A DNA stretch of 64,000 nt from an uncultured Gemmatimonadales bacterium (GCA_963850905.1 CAWKMU010000004.1:64001-128000), one strand, 5' to 3'. Counted from the first letter of the stretch, positions 28,101-37,698 are shown. Made by a program: numbers and translations. Notes: generated by a model not told the origin, from the letters alone.

Positions 28101-28712
28101 CGCTTCGTGACCGCGCGGCACATCGCGCGGTGCCTGGACGTGCAGTGGCGGGAGCAGCGTCCCGCGCCAGGCTGCAATCGGATGGATCACGACGTCCCAG
28201 CCGTCCGGCTCGCGGATGGCAGCGGCGGCCAGACTCGCAAGGCCGAGCGCAGCAATGGCGAGCCCGACGAGGGCGCGTCGTCGTGTCGTCTGTTGCAGAT
28301 GCGGCGCCAGAGGGCCACCGCGTCGCGGCGCGGTCGCTTGGAGGCGGGCCGCAAGATCGCGCGCACCGCGGCGCCCAAGAGCACCAGTGTGAGCGACCTC
28401 GAGTGCCCCGCGCAGAGCACCCAGGCGCAAGCGGCGCTCGCCTTCGATCGCCGCGGCCACCCGTGCGGTCGAGGCATCCTCGTGAAGGCGATGGATCGTG
28501 AACAGCACCAACCCCACCGCACCTGCGCCAGCCAAGGCCCAAGCGACAAACGGCAGCGCGGCCGGGAGCGACATCCACCGCCCGCTGCCTAACGAGAGGG
28601 CCGCGACGGCGAGGACAACCGTGGCGACGGCGAGCACGAGGCCGCCGCCCCAGACTGTGAGGATGCGGCCAAGCCGTGCTCGCTCGCGCGCGACTAACTC
28701 GACTACCGTCAC
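25128..28712 (-). CDS. DUF4175-like membrane-anchored protein with Ig-like middle and a long Gln-rich coiled coil
   Basis: 1194 aa; N-terminal TMs, D..P.V.I..P / DDHAL beta region, Q/A-rich helices, C-terminal ...LV.EYF.RIN. Confidence 0.72.
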   Translation of the reverse strand: MTVVELVARERARLGRILTVWGGGLVLAVATVVLAVAALSLGSGRWMSLPAALPFVAWALAGAGAVGLVLFTIHRLHEDASTARVAAAIEGERRLRLGALRGALEVAHTGALGRRGARDLAARLQATAPRRGGPLAPHLQQTTRRRALVGLAIAALGLASLAAAAIREPDGWDVVIHPIAAWRGTLLPPLHVQAPRDVPRGHEARVHILAEGRSRLRVSTRATGASWTHGWYPVVRGHVDLSTGPVAAEMVVVATDGRATSDTVVVRASDRPFVGGLALRAVYPTYLHWPDEPLAAGEVARVPRGTRIEIVGEASATLASVALVRGRDSAVLQPNGRHFTGHLLAELPGGQWTWHAAAESGPIADVPPALDVDVIPDSAPHVEIVGPSHDTTITIGDRIPVAIAALDDHALALVQLRSWRTSASGETLAPVVLPVSDSAVAQWSGIVALDLTGRGLQPGDAIHIVAEATDGSPWHQTSVSQERLLRVPSLSEERVIARTSADSAVSAATATAAAERQLEQRTEEASRARGARSGGTNGTSSTSSPAHTAMSYETAERAKALANQQRDLANKVQQLQRQTQQLERQLKQAGALDSALASELHQAQQLLNDALTPELRDQLSKLDQSADSLRSGDTRQSLEQLAQQEQQMRAQLDRSVDILKRAALEGAMQTLHDEARDIAKEEHARAESRPNTPPPNAAQQAAAQAAAQAAAQAAAQARADSETLANARPDSARTATNASRDGQSRPGQQPQQQANAGSPSPDPSRQDSARPQDPSQSRASAAAGQRSTDEQLAERSRTLSKDVDQLSHWLADQQAQSGSQQVGAARQHVDSSAQDMSQRQTSSAASQMDRAAQQLAQARQSQIQDWKNALTQQLDQSIQEAMQLARQESQLAQQAQGAQQQSERKAVQAGQSAVQQGAERTAERMQKASKQSALVSGNSQRALGAARTQVQNATKQAEQQLASGATANQSGSSSGDQSGNNGQTAASMRAAADALNQAAAAMMQDRERAASATSASGLPEMLQEMQQLAKAQASINAQAQGLAMSPGGHNPGGGVNPNARGVAEGERKLADALDRLGDDDVNGRAQGLANEAHQIADALSRSGIDQQTLIRQERLYHRLLDAGFTLEQDERDSTGKRVSQSATGKEQFTPADVAVDGRPAARFQQPSWSELRGLSSDERQLVLEYFKRINAQSP

Positions 28713-28767
28713 GGACTTAAGCTAACCTCCGCGTGCCCAGTCCGACCGCACGCTCGTCAGTCGTGGC

Positions 28768-29562
28768 CTATGCCGCAGGACGACTCGTCACCGCGTAGAC
28801 AAACAGGTTCACGCCCATCTTGAGTGCAGCCTCGTGCAAAGCGGGTGGGTCGTCGTACGTACCGACGTCCTCCCACCCATTGCCGAGGTCCGAAGAGAAG
28901 CTGTAGTACACGACGAGTCGATCCCCCAGGAAGATGCCGAATCCTCGCGCCGGCAACCCGTCGTGCAAGTGAATCTTGGGAATGCCTCGGGGGAAGTCGT
29001 AGACGATATGGTAGATGGGATGGCTGAGCGGGACGTCCACGAGCGGCCGGTCGGGATACACCCGCGCCATCTCACGCCGAAAACTGGGATCCAAGCCGTA
29101 ATTGTCGTCGACGTGCAGGAAACCACCCTGAGCGAGATAGTCTCTCAGGCGTTGGATCTCGGCGTCACTGAAATGAATGTTGCCGTGGCCCGTCGCGTGT
29201 AGAAACGGATAGTCGAACAAGCGATCGTCCATCAAGCTCACGCGCGCCTCAGCGGGGTCGACCTTCAGCGTCGTGCGTTCATTGATTGCGGCGATCAGGT
29301 TGGGGATGCTAGACGGATTCGCGTACCAGTCACCACCGCCGTCGTACTGCAGGCGCGCGATCGCTAGTTGGGGCGTTGCCTGCCGCTCAGACCGCGTTGC
29401 GCCAATTTCGGACGAGGCGATGGCAGCGTGCGACGCGTGCTGCCCGGCGACCGTCGGCCCAACCGAGAGTGCGGTCCGTCCGACGGCGGCGACTTGGGGC
29501 CCCCGGTCGGATGCTCCGGCGGCAAGACCAACGATCACCAGGAACGGTACGAACCTCACCAC
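28768..29562 (-). CDS. DUF4159 domain protein
   Basis: IARLQYDGGGDWYANPSS, YPFL..TGHG, GGFLHVDDNYG, HPIYH, DLGNGWE, MGVN; GGGAGG SD before GTG. Confidence 0.85.
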   Translation of the reverse strand: MVRFVPFLVIVGLAAGASDRGPQVAAVGRTALSVGPTVAGQHASHAAIASSEIGATRSERQATPQLAIARLQYDGGGDWYANPSSIPNLIAAINERTTLKVDPAEARVSLMDDRLFDYPFLHATGHGNIHFSDAEIQRLRDYLAQGGFLHVDDNYGLDPSFRREMARVYPDRPLVDVPLSHPIYHIVYDFPRGIPKIHLHDGLPARGFGIFLGDRLVVYYSFSSDLGNGWEDVGTYDDPPALHEAALKMGVNLFVYAVTSRPAA

Positions 29563-29572
29563 GCGTCCTCCC

Positions 29573-30413
29573 TCACTCGGCGTCTGTCGATTCCCGGCCG
29601 GGCTCGTGCGCCAACCGATACGCGAGATTTCGTGGCACCCCTTCCTCGTGCATGAGGGCCGTCGCGATTTCGCGCGCCGGGGTACCAGCGGCCCGCAGCG
29701 CGTCGGCGCGAGCCCGCCAGGCGCCCTCATCGAGATGGTGTGTCGGCCCGTCCTTCAATAACGATCACGACCTCGCCGCGCGGCGGGGTGCTGCCGTAAT
29801 ACGCAGCAAGGTCGGCAACTGTTCCCCTTCGAACTTCTTCGTAGACCTTGGTCAACTCTCGCGCCACCGCCGCCTGCCGTCCCGCGGCCCCGGCGTCAGC
29901 CAACGCCGCGAGCGTCGACGCCGTCCGATTCGGGGCCTCGTAGAGCACGGCCACGTGCGGCAGCTGAGCTATGTCGGACATCGTAGCGCTGCGGTCGGTG
30001 AGACGACGTGGCGCGAACCCGAAAAAGGTGAAACGATCGCCGACCAGGCCCGACGCCACGAGCGCGGCAAGGAGTGCGGAGGCCCCGGGGATCGGGATCA
30101 CGCGGACCTCAGCATCGAGCGCGGCCCGCACGAGCCGCCCGCCGGGATCCGACAAGAGCGGCGTGCCGGCGTCACTGACCAGCGCCAGGTCTTCACCAGC
30201 CACCAGCCGAGCGACAAACCGCGGACTAGTGGCCGCCTCGTTGTGCTCGTGATACGCGGCCGTCGGCGTCGAGATGTCGAACCGGGTCAGCAGCGTGCGC
30301 GTCCGGCGAGTGTCCTCCGCCAGGATGAGCGAGACCTGTCGAAGCACCTCGACTCCGCGAAAGGTCATGTCGCCCAGGTTTCCGATCGGCGTGCTGACGA
30401 CGTACAGAGCCAT
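29573..30413 (-). CDS. rsmI: 16S rRNA (cytidine1402-2'-O)-methyltransferase, apparent +1 frameshift near 29740
   Basis: LYVVSTPIGNLGD, AEDTRRT, LVSDAGTP.LSDPG, YEAP.R, ARELTK..EE; C-terminal HTH (AREIA..L...GVPRNLAY) is in the adjacent frame. Confidence 0.9.
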
Positions 30414-30429
30414 GAGCGTCCTTCGGACG

Positions 30430-30538
30430 CTAGAGGGTAGAGAGTAAGTAGAAAGTAGACAAAAACTGCCGGGTGGAGCTCATCCGCACCACCCGGCGCC
30501 TGTCGTCTACTTTCTACTTTCTACTCTCTACTTTCTAG
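30430..30538. repeat. Long palindrome with 7-bp repeat arms (TAGAAAG / CTTTCTA) around a GCCGGGTGG/CCACCCGGC hairpin
   Basis: ctagagggtagagagtaagtagaaagtagac ... gtctactttctactttctactctctactttctag; one arm includes the trxA stop codon. Confidence 0.88.
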
Positions 30539-30876
30539 GCGGCCGAAGGCACGCCTAGGTGTTCCTTGAACTTCCGCTCGAGATGCGGACGCGGGACGGC
30601 GCCGATCACCTGGTCGACGAGCTTGCCGTCCTTGAAAAACAGAATTGTTGGGATGGACCGCACGTTGAACCGCGTCGCCGTGGCCTGGTTCGAATCGACG
30701 TCGACCTTGGCTACCTTCGCCTTGCCTTCGTACTCGGCCGCGAGCTGCTCCAGCATCGGAGCGATCATCCGGCACGGGCCGCACCACGTGGCCCAGAAGT
30801 CCACGACGGCCAAGCCAGGATGCTGTTCGATCTCGGCCGCGAAATCACTGTCGCTTACTGCACGTGCCTTGGTCAT
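30535..30876 (-). CDS. trxA: Thioredoxin
   Basis: VDFWATWCGPC, VRSIPT, 113 aa. Confidence 0.96.
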   Translation of the reverse strand: MTKARAVSDSDFAAEIEQHPGLAVVDFWATWCGPCRMIAPMLEQLAAEYEGKAKVAKVDVDSNQATATRFNVRSIPTILFFKDGKLVDQVIGAVPRPHLERKFKEHLGVPSAA

Positions 30877-31009
30877 TGCTCTGCTCCCTGCGCGCGCTTG
30901 CGCTGGTGTTACGAGTCAAACCTCCGCTGACGGACGTCGGGCGTAGCACAGACGCAAACCAGCGGCGGCGTTAACTTCGGTTTGATAAAGCCTCGTCCCC
31001 TTCTTCGTC

Positions 31010-31432
31010 ATGCCTCACAGTTCCCAGCCGTCTCCTGACGCGCCGGTCCGCATCGCCCATATCGGGATCGCCGTTCGTGCCCTCGGTGATGCCCTGCCCT
31101 TCTTCCGCGATGTCCTCGGGCTTCCGACTGTGCCCCTCGACGACGCCGACGGCGCGCGCATCGCGGGACTGGCAGCCGGCGACGCGCTGATCGAGTTGCT
31201 CGAGCCAGTCGCTGCCGATACCCCTGTCGGAAAGTTCGTCGCCCGACGCGGTCCGGGCCTGCATCACGTGTGTTTTGTAGTGCCTGATCTCGAAGCGGCG
31301 CTCCAGCGCTGCCGAGCCGCCGGCATACGTCTCATCGACGACGTGCCGCGCACCGGCGCAGAAGGAAAGCGCATTGCGTTCATTCATCCCAGCGCCACGG
31401 CCGGTGTCTTAGTCGAGCTGACAGAAGATTAA
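31010..31432 (+). CDS. mce: Methylmalonyl-CoA epimerase (VOC family)
   Basis: IAHIGIAV, IELLEP, GPGLHHVCF, IAFIHP...GVLVEL. Confidence 0.85.
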   Translation: MPHSSQPSPDAPVRIAHIGIAVRALGDALPFFRDVLGLPTVPLDDADGARIAGLAAGDALIELLEPVAADTPVGKFVARRGPGLHHVCFVVPDLEAALQRCRAAGIRLIDDVPRTGAEGKRIAFIHPSATAGVLVELTED

Positions 31433-31469
31433 TCCGGCACGCGCCCTGTCGGTTCCATCGCCCGAACGC

Positions 31470-31934
31470 TCAGTGGACGGGCTGACCAGCGTTGACGGTG
31501 CACGAGTGGACATCGCGCAGATCGATCTCCTTGACGTACCACCGGTCCTCGGGGCTTGCCTGCGTAGTGAAGAGTGTCGTCCGTGTGATCGGCCCGTTGT
31601 GCAGAACGAATCGGACTTGGCGGTCGCCATTGGGCGAGGCGTTCTCGTCGAGAAATCGCGCCGAATCATTGGCCAGACACTGCGCCATGATCACCTCGCT
31701 TTTCTCGATATCTTCCCGAGGGACCGTTTCGCGCGCCGGGCCCTTCTTGGTGCCCCACACGAGGCCCATCGCTTGGAGGTCCTGCGCGCGCACCGCGGCG
31801 AGGAACCGTTCCACCGCGCCGCGCGCGGTCGGCGCCCCAGACAGATCTGGGCTCGGCGTCGTCAATGTCGAATGGCACGCGGCAATCGCCACGGCCGCAC
31901 TGATGGTGACGAGAGACGCTAATCTACATCGCAC
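31470..31934 (-). CDS. Hypothetical lipoprotein
   Basis: Lipobox AIAAC after a hydrophobic signal; A...FL.A....D...M...WG pattern; GGGAG upstream of GTG. Confidence 0.6.
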   Translation of the reverse strand: MRCRLASLVTISAAVAIAACHSTLTTPSPDLSGAPTARGAVERFLAAVRAQDLQAMGLVWGTKKGPARETVPREDIEKSEVIMAQCLANDSARFLDENASPNGDRQVRFVLHNGPITRTTLFTTQASPEDRWYVKEIDLRDVHSCTVNAGQPVH

Positions 31935-31984
31935 GTTGAACTCACTCCCTCGATGGGACGGGGCGAAGCTAGCAGGAGGAGCAA

Positions 31985-32795
31985 ATGGCAGCAACCCGCT
32001 CGACGGACTCCGATGGCGCCAGACATCTGCGTTTGTACATCAACGTCGATCACGTCGCGACGGTCCGCCAGGCGCGAAAGACCGACGAACCCGATCCCGT
32101 GGCGGCCGCAGCGCTCTGCGAGGCGGCAGGCGTCGATGGGATCACCGCGCATCTCCGCGAAGATCGCCGCCACATACAGGATGCCGATGTGGAACGCCTC
32201 GCGCGGGAGGTCCGCACCGTCTTCAACCTGGAGATGGCCGCGACCGACGAGATGGTCCGGATCGCTCTCGGGCTCCGTCCCTACCAGGTGACCTTCGTCC
32301 CGGAACGCCGCGAAGAGATCACCACGGAGGGGGGACTCGACGTCGGAGCGTCCCGGCAGCGCCTCGAGCGCGCGATCGCGGAGCTCAACGCAGCCGGAAT
32401 CCGTGTGAGCCTGTTCATCGATCCGGATGCCCGCGCCGTCACGAGCGCGGGCCAGCTCGGCGTGGCAGCGATCGAGTTGCACACCGGACGGTACGCCGAA
32501 GCGGCGCGGCGCGGCGGTGCCGTTCGTGCCGCCGAGCTGGATGCCCTGGCGACGGCCTCACGGACGGGGCGCGAATGTGGCCTCGCCGTGCACGCCGGCC
32601 ATGGATTGACTGTGCGCAATGTGGGGCCGGTCGCGGCGATCCCCGAGATCGAGGAGCTCAATATCGGGCACTCGATCGTGGGTCGTGCCCTCTTCGTCGG
32701 GTTGGGTGAGGCAGTCCGAGGAGATGCGGGTGGCGATGGACACCGCCCGTTCGTCACATTACGCGGAGCATGGACGGTCGACTGGGCGCCGATGA
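31985..32795 (+). CDS. pdxJ: Pyridoxine 5'-phosphate synthase, apparent +1 frameshift near 32720
   Basis: [53 protein letters not shown]; expected AVREM..AM ending lies in the shifted frame (stop 32795). Confidence 0.92.
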
Positions 32796-32864
32796 TGCGC
32801 AGGCGCGCGATGCGCCGCGACAGGCGGCCCGGCCGAACCGTGCAAGGGACGGCATGAGGCGCGA

Positions 32865-34574
32865 ATGACAACGACCAACGACTCCCTGAACTTCTTCGTG
32901 CTCGAGGCGGGGGAATGCCTCGAGCGACTCGACGCGAATTTGGCGAGCGCCGGGCCCTCGGGGCCGGACGCAGCTGAGTTTGTTCGTCACGCGCGGACGC
33001 TTCGAGGCGCGGCGCTGATGCATCGGCTCTCCGGGATGGCCGACCTCGCCGCGGCCGTAGAGCGCGCGGGTCGGGCGTTGCGCGAAGGGTTGATCCGTTG
33101 GTCGCCCGCCGTCGCCGCGGCCCTTGTTGCCGCGGTCGACGACCTCAAGATCCTGTTGCATAACCTCCGGATCTGGGGACCGAACGAAGAGGCGCGGGCC
33201 GCGCGCCGCCTCGCGGATCTTGCGCGGCTCGTCCCGCCCGACCCCGACCGCCCGCACACGCCGATCCCTCATCCAGGCTCGACCGAGGCGGGCGTGGCGT
33301 TCCTGGTGCGGGAAGCCACCGAGACGGCGGCCGCTCTCGAAGCCGTTGCCACGTCTGCGCCGGATGGCCAGGAGACACTCGACGCGGCGCTCGGGCACGT
33401 GCGCACGCTCCGCGGCGTCGCCGCTATCCACGACATGCCACCGATTCCAGACGTCCTGGATGCCGTCGATCGTGCCGCTCGGGCGATCACAACATCCCGC
33501 TCCGTGCCAACCCAGGCTCAGACCGCATTGTTTGCAGCGGCGGCTGGATTGCTGCGGCGCACCGCAAAGGACTTGGGGTCACTCGGTCGGCCAGAACGCA
33601 ACACGGTCGAAGAGCGACGGTTCCAGGCCACCCGCGATGCCCTCGCCGAAGCCGCTACGGACGCCGATCACATTCTACCGATCAGCGAGCTCTTCTACGG
33701 CGACGATGCAGAGGCAGTCGTGTCGCGCGCGCCGAGTCCGCCGACGACGCCCGCGGATCGGTTCCGGCTCGAGGTGGTGAGCTTGGCAGAACATCTGCGG
33801 GGGTTGGTCCGGGACGCTCAGACGGCAGGCCCTCGTCGAGTGCCGGACCGAACCGTTGTCGAGTTGCGCGGCGCCCTGCTGTCAGTACGCAACGCGGCGG
33901 AGAGCTTTGGTGAACACGACGTGTCCGAGTTTATTGGGACGTTCACCGAAGGCCACCCGGTTTTCGATTTCTTGACGCTCAACGCGATCGACGACCTCGC
34001 AGCATTGCTCACGGAGCCGGGGACGACCGCTGCCAGACTCTCAGCGCGCATGACGGCTCTGGCGAGGGGCCGAGCCGTCGATGCCGGCATTGGCCACGGA
34101 CTACGACCCGCGACGGAGGACGGAGCCGATACCGCGGCTGCGCCGCCGCGCCCCGCGGTCGCGTCCGCTCCGACGCGACCCGTGCCAGGGGCCTCGCCCG
34201 GCGCCGCGCAACCGCAGCGCGGGAGTCGCGACCGCCTCCGCACACCGACAGGTGTCCAGCTCCAGGCAATGCTCGCAGACGGCATCGCCCGATTCGCGCA
34301 TCTCGGCGACCTGCCGCTGATCGACCAAACGGAGCCCTTGGCAATGCCGTCGCCCGAACAGGCTGCGCCCCCGCCCGCGCCGACAGCCGCGCCCGCTGCT
34401 GAAGCGCCGCACGGCGAAGCCACCGTGGTCCCGATCGAGACGCTGCTTTATCGCGGCGAGTCGGCACTCGCTCGCGCACGGACACTCCGCGATTCGCTCC
34501 GAAAAGCAGATGCGCCGGCACCCGATTCGCTTGCAGAGCTGTACGACCTGCTGGATTTGGCGACGGCGTCATGA
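32865..34574 (+). CDS. Protein with tandem HPt-like (CheA P1-like) helical domains and no kinase domain
   Basis: FFVLEA.E.LERL...ARTLRGAA.M....MA.LA..VE and FL.REA......VRTLRGVA repeats; Pro/Ala-rich linker; conserved C-terminal tail. Confidence 0.65.
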   Translation: MTTTNDSLNFFVLEAGECLERLDANLASAGPSGPDAAEFVRHARTLRGAALMHRLSGMADLAAAVERAGRALREGLIRWSPAVAAALVAAVDDLKILLHNLRIWGPNEEARAARRLADLARLVPPDPDRPHTPIPHPGSTEAGVAFLVREATETAAALEAVATSAPDGQETLDAALGHVRTLRGVAAIHDMPPIPDVLDAVDRAARAITTSRSVPTQAQTALFAAAAGLLRRTAKDLGSLGRPERNTVEERRFQATRDALAEAATDADHILPISELFYGDDAEAVVSRAPSPPTTPADRFRLEVVSLAEHLRGLVRDAQTAGPRRVPDRTVVELRGALLSVRNAAESFGEHDVSEFIGTFTEGHPVFDFLTLNAIDDLAALLTEPGTTAARLSARMTALARGRAVDAGIGHGLRPATEDGADTAAAPPRPAVASAPTRPVPGASPGAAQPQRGSRDRLRTPTGVQLQAMLADGIARFAHLGDLPLIDQTEPLAMPSPEQAAPPPAPTAAPAAEAPHGEATVVPIETLLYRGESALARARTLRDSLRKADAPAPDSLAELYDLLDLATAS

Positions 34575-34605
34575 GACGTAACCGACTGCTCGAAGCGCAC
34601 AATCA

Positions 34606-35637
34606 GTGAAGCTCGACTGGAAAGGCGCCGCCGGGATCGTGATCAGTGTGGCGCTGCTGTGGTGGGCGCTCCACGGCATTCACTTCGACGAGGTCTGGGG
34701 CGCGCTCCGCCGTTCCAACCCCTGGTACTTCCTCGCGGCGGCCGCCGTGTCGACCTCGGTGTTCCCCATCCGAGCGCGCCGCTGGCGACCGATTCTGGAT
34801 TCCGTCGCCCTCGATTTGCCGTTCGGCATGCTGTGGCGGGCGACGGCCATCGGCGTCATGATCAACAACGTCGCGCCAGCACGTGTCGGCGAATTAATGC
34901 GCGCGTACGCGTTGACCCGCGAAACGTCTCGAGTCACCCTCCCCGCAGCGGTTGCCTCGGTTGCCGTGGACCGCGTGTTCGACGCGCTGGTCGTGCTCGT
35001 CCTCACGTTGATCGCAATGTTGCTGCCAGACTTTCCCCGTGGAGCCCATGTCGGCAACATGTCGGCAGCCCATTGGGCGTGGATCGGGCTCGCCGGGATG
35101 GCCGCACTCATGCTCATCCTCTACGCACTCGTCTTCTTCCCGGGCTGGCTGATGCGCGCATTCGAGCTGTTCGCGCGCCGCGTCGCCCCTGGGTTGGAAG
35201 CGCCCGGCCGCCGAGCCCTGCAGGCGTTCACGGATGGACTCAGCGTGCTGCGGCACGGACCCCGATTGCTCGCCGTGCTGTGGTGGGCCACCTTGCTCTG
35301 GGTCGTCAACGCCCTAGGATTTTGGCTCGCATTTCGCGCGGTTGGCCTCGATGCATCCTTCGGCGCTGCGCTCTTCTTGCAGGGCGTCGTGGCACTGACC
35401 GTGGCAGTGCCGTCGGCTCCGGGGTTCTTCGGCGTATTCGAGGCGGCGGCGATCATCGGATTTTCTGTCTACGGTGTGCCGCGGGACGTGGCGGTCACGT
35501 GGGCGATCGGCTACCACATCGTGTCCTTCATACCGATTACGCTGATCGGCATCTGGTACTTCGCGCGCCTGGGCTTGCACGTCCGCGACGTGCGATCGGC
35601 GGAGGGGGGCGAATTGTCGACGGCGAGCGCATCGTAG
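34606..35637 (+). CDS. Lysylphosphatidylglycerol synthase TM-domain (UPF0104, flippase-like) protein
   Basis: R..RW, NNVAPARVGE..R, DRVFD, PSAPGFFGVFE motifs; multi-TM. Confidence 0.85.
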   Translation: MKLDWKGAAGIVISVALLWWALHGIHFDEVWGALRRSNPWYFLAAAAVSTSVFPIRARRWRPILDSVALDLPFGMLWRATAIGVMINNVAPARVGELMRAYALTRETSRVTLPAAVASVAVDRVFDALVVLVLTLIAMLLPDFPRGAHVGNMSAAHWAWIGLAGMAALMLILYALVFFPGWLMRAFELFARRVAPGLEAPGRRALQAFTDGLSVLRHGPRLLAVLWWATLLWVVNALGFWLAFRAVGLDASFGAALFLQGVVALTVAVPSAPGFFGVFEAAAIIGFSVYGVPRDVAVTWAIGYHIVSFIPITLIGIWYFARLGLHVRDVRSAEGGELSTASAS

Positions 35638-35638
35638 C

Positions 35639-36533
35639 GTGACCGGTTCGGCCGCAGCGGTCGCCGCGCAGGCCAAAGTCAACCTTTTTCTCCACATCCT
35701 CGCGCGTGAGGTCTCGGGCTACCATCAGCTCGAGACGCTCTTTTGTCGATTGACGCTCGCCGACGACGTGGTCGTGCGACTCGCCGATGACTGGACACTC
35801 ACGTGCGATGCAAGCGATACCGGTCCGGCCGAGGAGAACCTGGCGTATCGCGCGGGGCGACTCTATGCCGAACACCGCCACTGGCCCCAGGGCTGCGCCA
35901 TCGAGATCGTGAAGCACATCCCGGTCGGTGCGGGGTTGGGTGGCGGAAGCGCCGACGCTGCTGCCGTGCTGCGGTGCTTGCAGGCCCTCGATCCCCAGCC
36001 ACCGAGCGCGGACGAGCTCCTCGATTGGGGCGCGCGGCTTGGTGCGGACGTACCGGCGCTCACGATCAGATGCACCGCTGGCCCTCGGCTACGGGCGCGG
36101 AGAGCGACTGCTCGCGCTCCCGGGACTGCCCGCCAAGCCCGTCGTGCTGTGCGTGCCTGCAGCGCGTGTGGTAACGGGGGAAGCGTATGAGTGGCTGGCA
36201 GCATCACGCGCCAGCGCGACAGCCGGTCCCCCTCACGCCGCCCGGGTGCTCGATGTCCTCTCGCTCAGCCGCTGGGAGTCGATCGCGCCGCTCGTGGCAA
36301 ACGACTTCGCTCCCGTGGTCAGCCAACAACACCCCGAGATCGCGCGGGCGATATCCGAGCTGGCGGGTTTGCCCGAAGCACAAGCGTGCGCCATGACCGG
36401 CTCGGGGTCGACCGTCTTCTGCGTCTTCGACCACGCGATCCCGCGACCGTGGCCACTGCCGCCGCTCCGCGGCGCGGCACTCATCGAGACCGAAACGGCT
36501 GATCACGTCGCCGCTGTGCGCCTCATCGGGTAA
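35639..36533 (+). CDS. ispE: 4-diphosphocytidyl-2-C-methyl-D-erythritol kinase, apparent +1 frameshift near 36068
   Basis: AKVNLFL, K.IPVGAGLGGGSADAA, LGADVP in one frame; GRGERL, NDF, MTGSGSTVF in the next frame. Confidence 0.9.
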
Positions 36534-36637
36534 CGCCGCGCGGACAAGCAGGGCGCCCGCGTTCCTCAAAGCCAGTAGCGATTCTGGTCGATTCGACGAC
36601 ATTTTACGGTCTCCAATCGTGCGTATTCGCCCCTTGG

Positions 36638-36708
36638 TGCCCCTTCGTCCAATGGCAGGACACCAGACTTTGGATCTGGGAATGGTGGTTCGAATCCACC
36701 AGGGGCAA
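36638..36708 (+). tRNA. tRNA-Gln (anticodon TTG)
   Basis: Acceptor TGCCCCT/AGGGGCA, anticodon arm CCAGA-CTTTGGA-TCTGG, GGTTCGAATCC; classic ispE-tRNAGln-prs position. Confidence 0.96.
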
Positions 36709-36744
36709 TCGCGCACGAGTCGCACGTACCAGCAAAAGGGACCA

Positions 36745-37698
36745 ATGGACGGGATCGCTACTCCGAAATACGGGTTCAAGCTGCTCGCGGGCACCGCGAA
36801 CCGCCCGCTCGCCGAGGAAATCGCCCAATGCCTCGGCGTCGAGCCATGCAAGTTGACGGTGTCGCGCTTTGCGGACGGCGAGATCTTCGTCCGGATCGAT
36901 GAGAACATCCGCGGGTCCGATATTTTCATCGTGCAACCGACCAACGCTCCCGCCGAGAACCTGATGGAGCTGCTGCTCCTCATCGACGCGGCGCGGCGCG
37001 CGTCAGCGGCCCGCATCACGTGCGTGATGCCCTACTACGGCTACTCGCGGCAGGATCGCAAGGATCAGCCCCGCGTCGCGATCGGTGCCAAGCTCGTCGC
37101 GAATGTCATCGAGGTGGCGGGCGCTGACCGTGTGCTCGGCATCGACTTCCACCAACATCAGCTGCAAGGCTTTTTCGACGTCCCGGTCGACCATTTGTAT
37201 GCGGCGCCGGTGTTCGTCTCCCATTACCGCAAGAAGCAGCTCAAGGATCTCGTGGTCGTCGCGCCCGACGTCGGCGCCGCGAAAATGGCACGTGGGTTCG
37301 CGAAGCGACTCGACGGATCTTTCGCCATCATCGACAAGCGACGCCCACGGGCGAACGTCGCCGAGGTCGTGAACGTCGTCGGTGAAGTCGCGGGCCGCGA
37401 TTGTCTCATCGTCGATGATATGATCGACACCGCCGGGACAGTGGTCGAGGCGGCCCGCGCACTCACCCGCCTCGGCGCCGAACAGGTGTTCGTCTGCGCC
37501 ACGCATGCGCTCTTCTCCGGTCCGGCAGGCGAGCGCCTCGCAGGGGCGCCCATCGCGGAGGTGACGGTCACCGATACCGTCGCCATCCCGCCGGAGCGTC
37601 GGTTCCCGCACCTCAAGATCCTGTCGGTCGGCGAACTGCTGTCGAAGGCCATCCGATATACCCACAGCGAGCAGTCCGTGAGCTCGCTATTCGACTGA
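36745..37698 (+). CDS. prs: Ribose-phosphate pyrophosphokinase
   Basis: FADGE, PYYGYSRQDRK, VAPDVG, IVDDMIDTAGT, ATHA. Confidence 0.96.
   Translation: MDGIATPKYGFKLLAGTANRPLAEEIAQCLGVEPCKLTVSRFADGEIFVRIDENIRGSDIFIVQPTNAPAENLMELLLLIDAARRASAARITCVMPYYGYSRQDRKDQPRVAIGAKLVANVIEVAGADRVLGIDFHQHQLQGFFDVPVDHLYAAPVFVSHYRKKQLKDLVVVAPDVGAAKMARGFAKRLDGSFAIIDKRRPRANVAEVVNVVGEVAGRDCLIVDDMIDTAGTVVEAARALTRLGAEQVFVCATHALFSGPAGERLAGAPIAEVTVTDTVAIPPERRFPHLKILSVGELLSKAIRYTHSEQSVSSLFD

Noticed and set aside
12755..36708. Both tRNA genes lack an encoded CCA
   Set aside because: Common in bacteria that add CCA enzymatically; not unusual.
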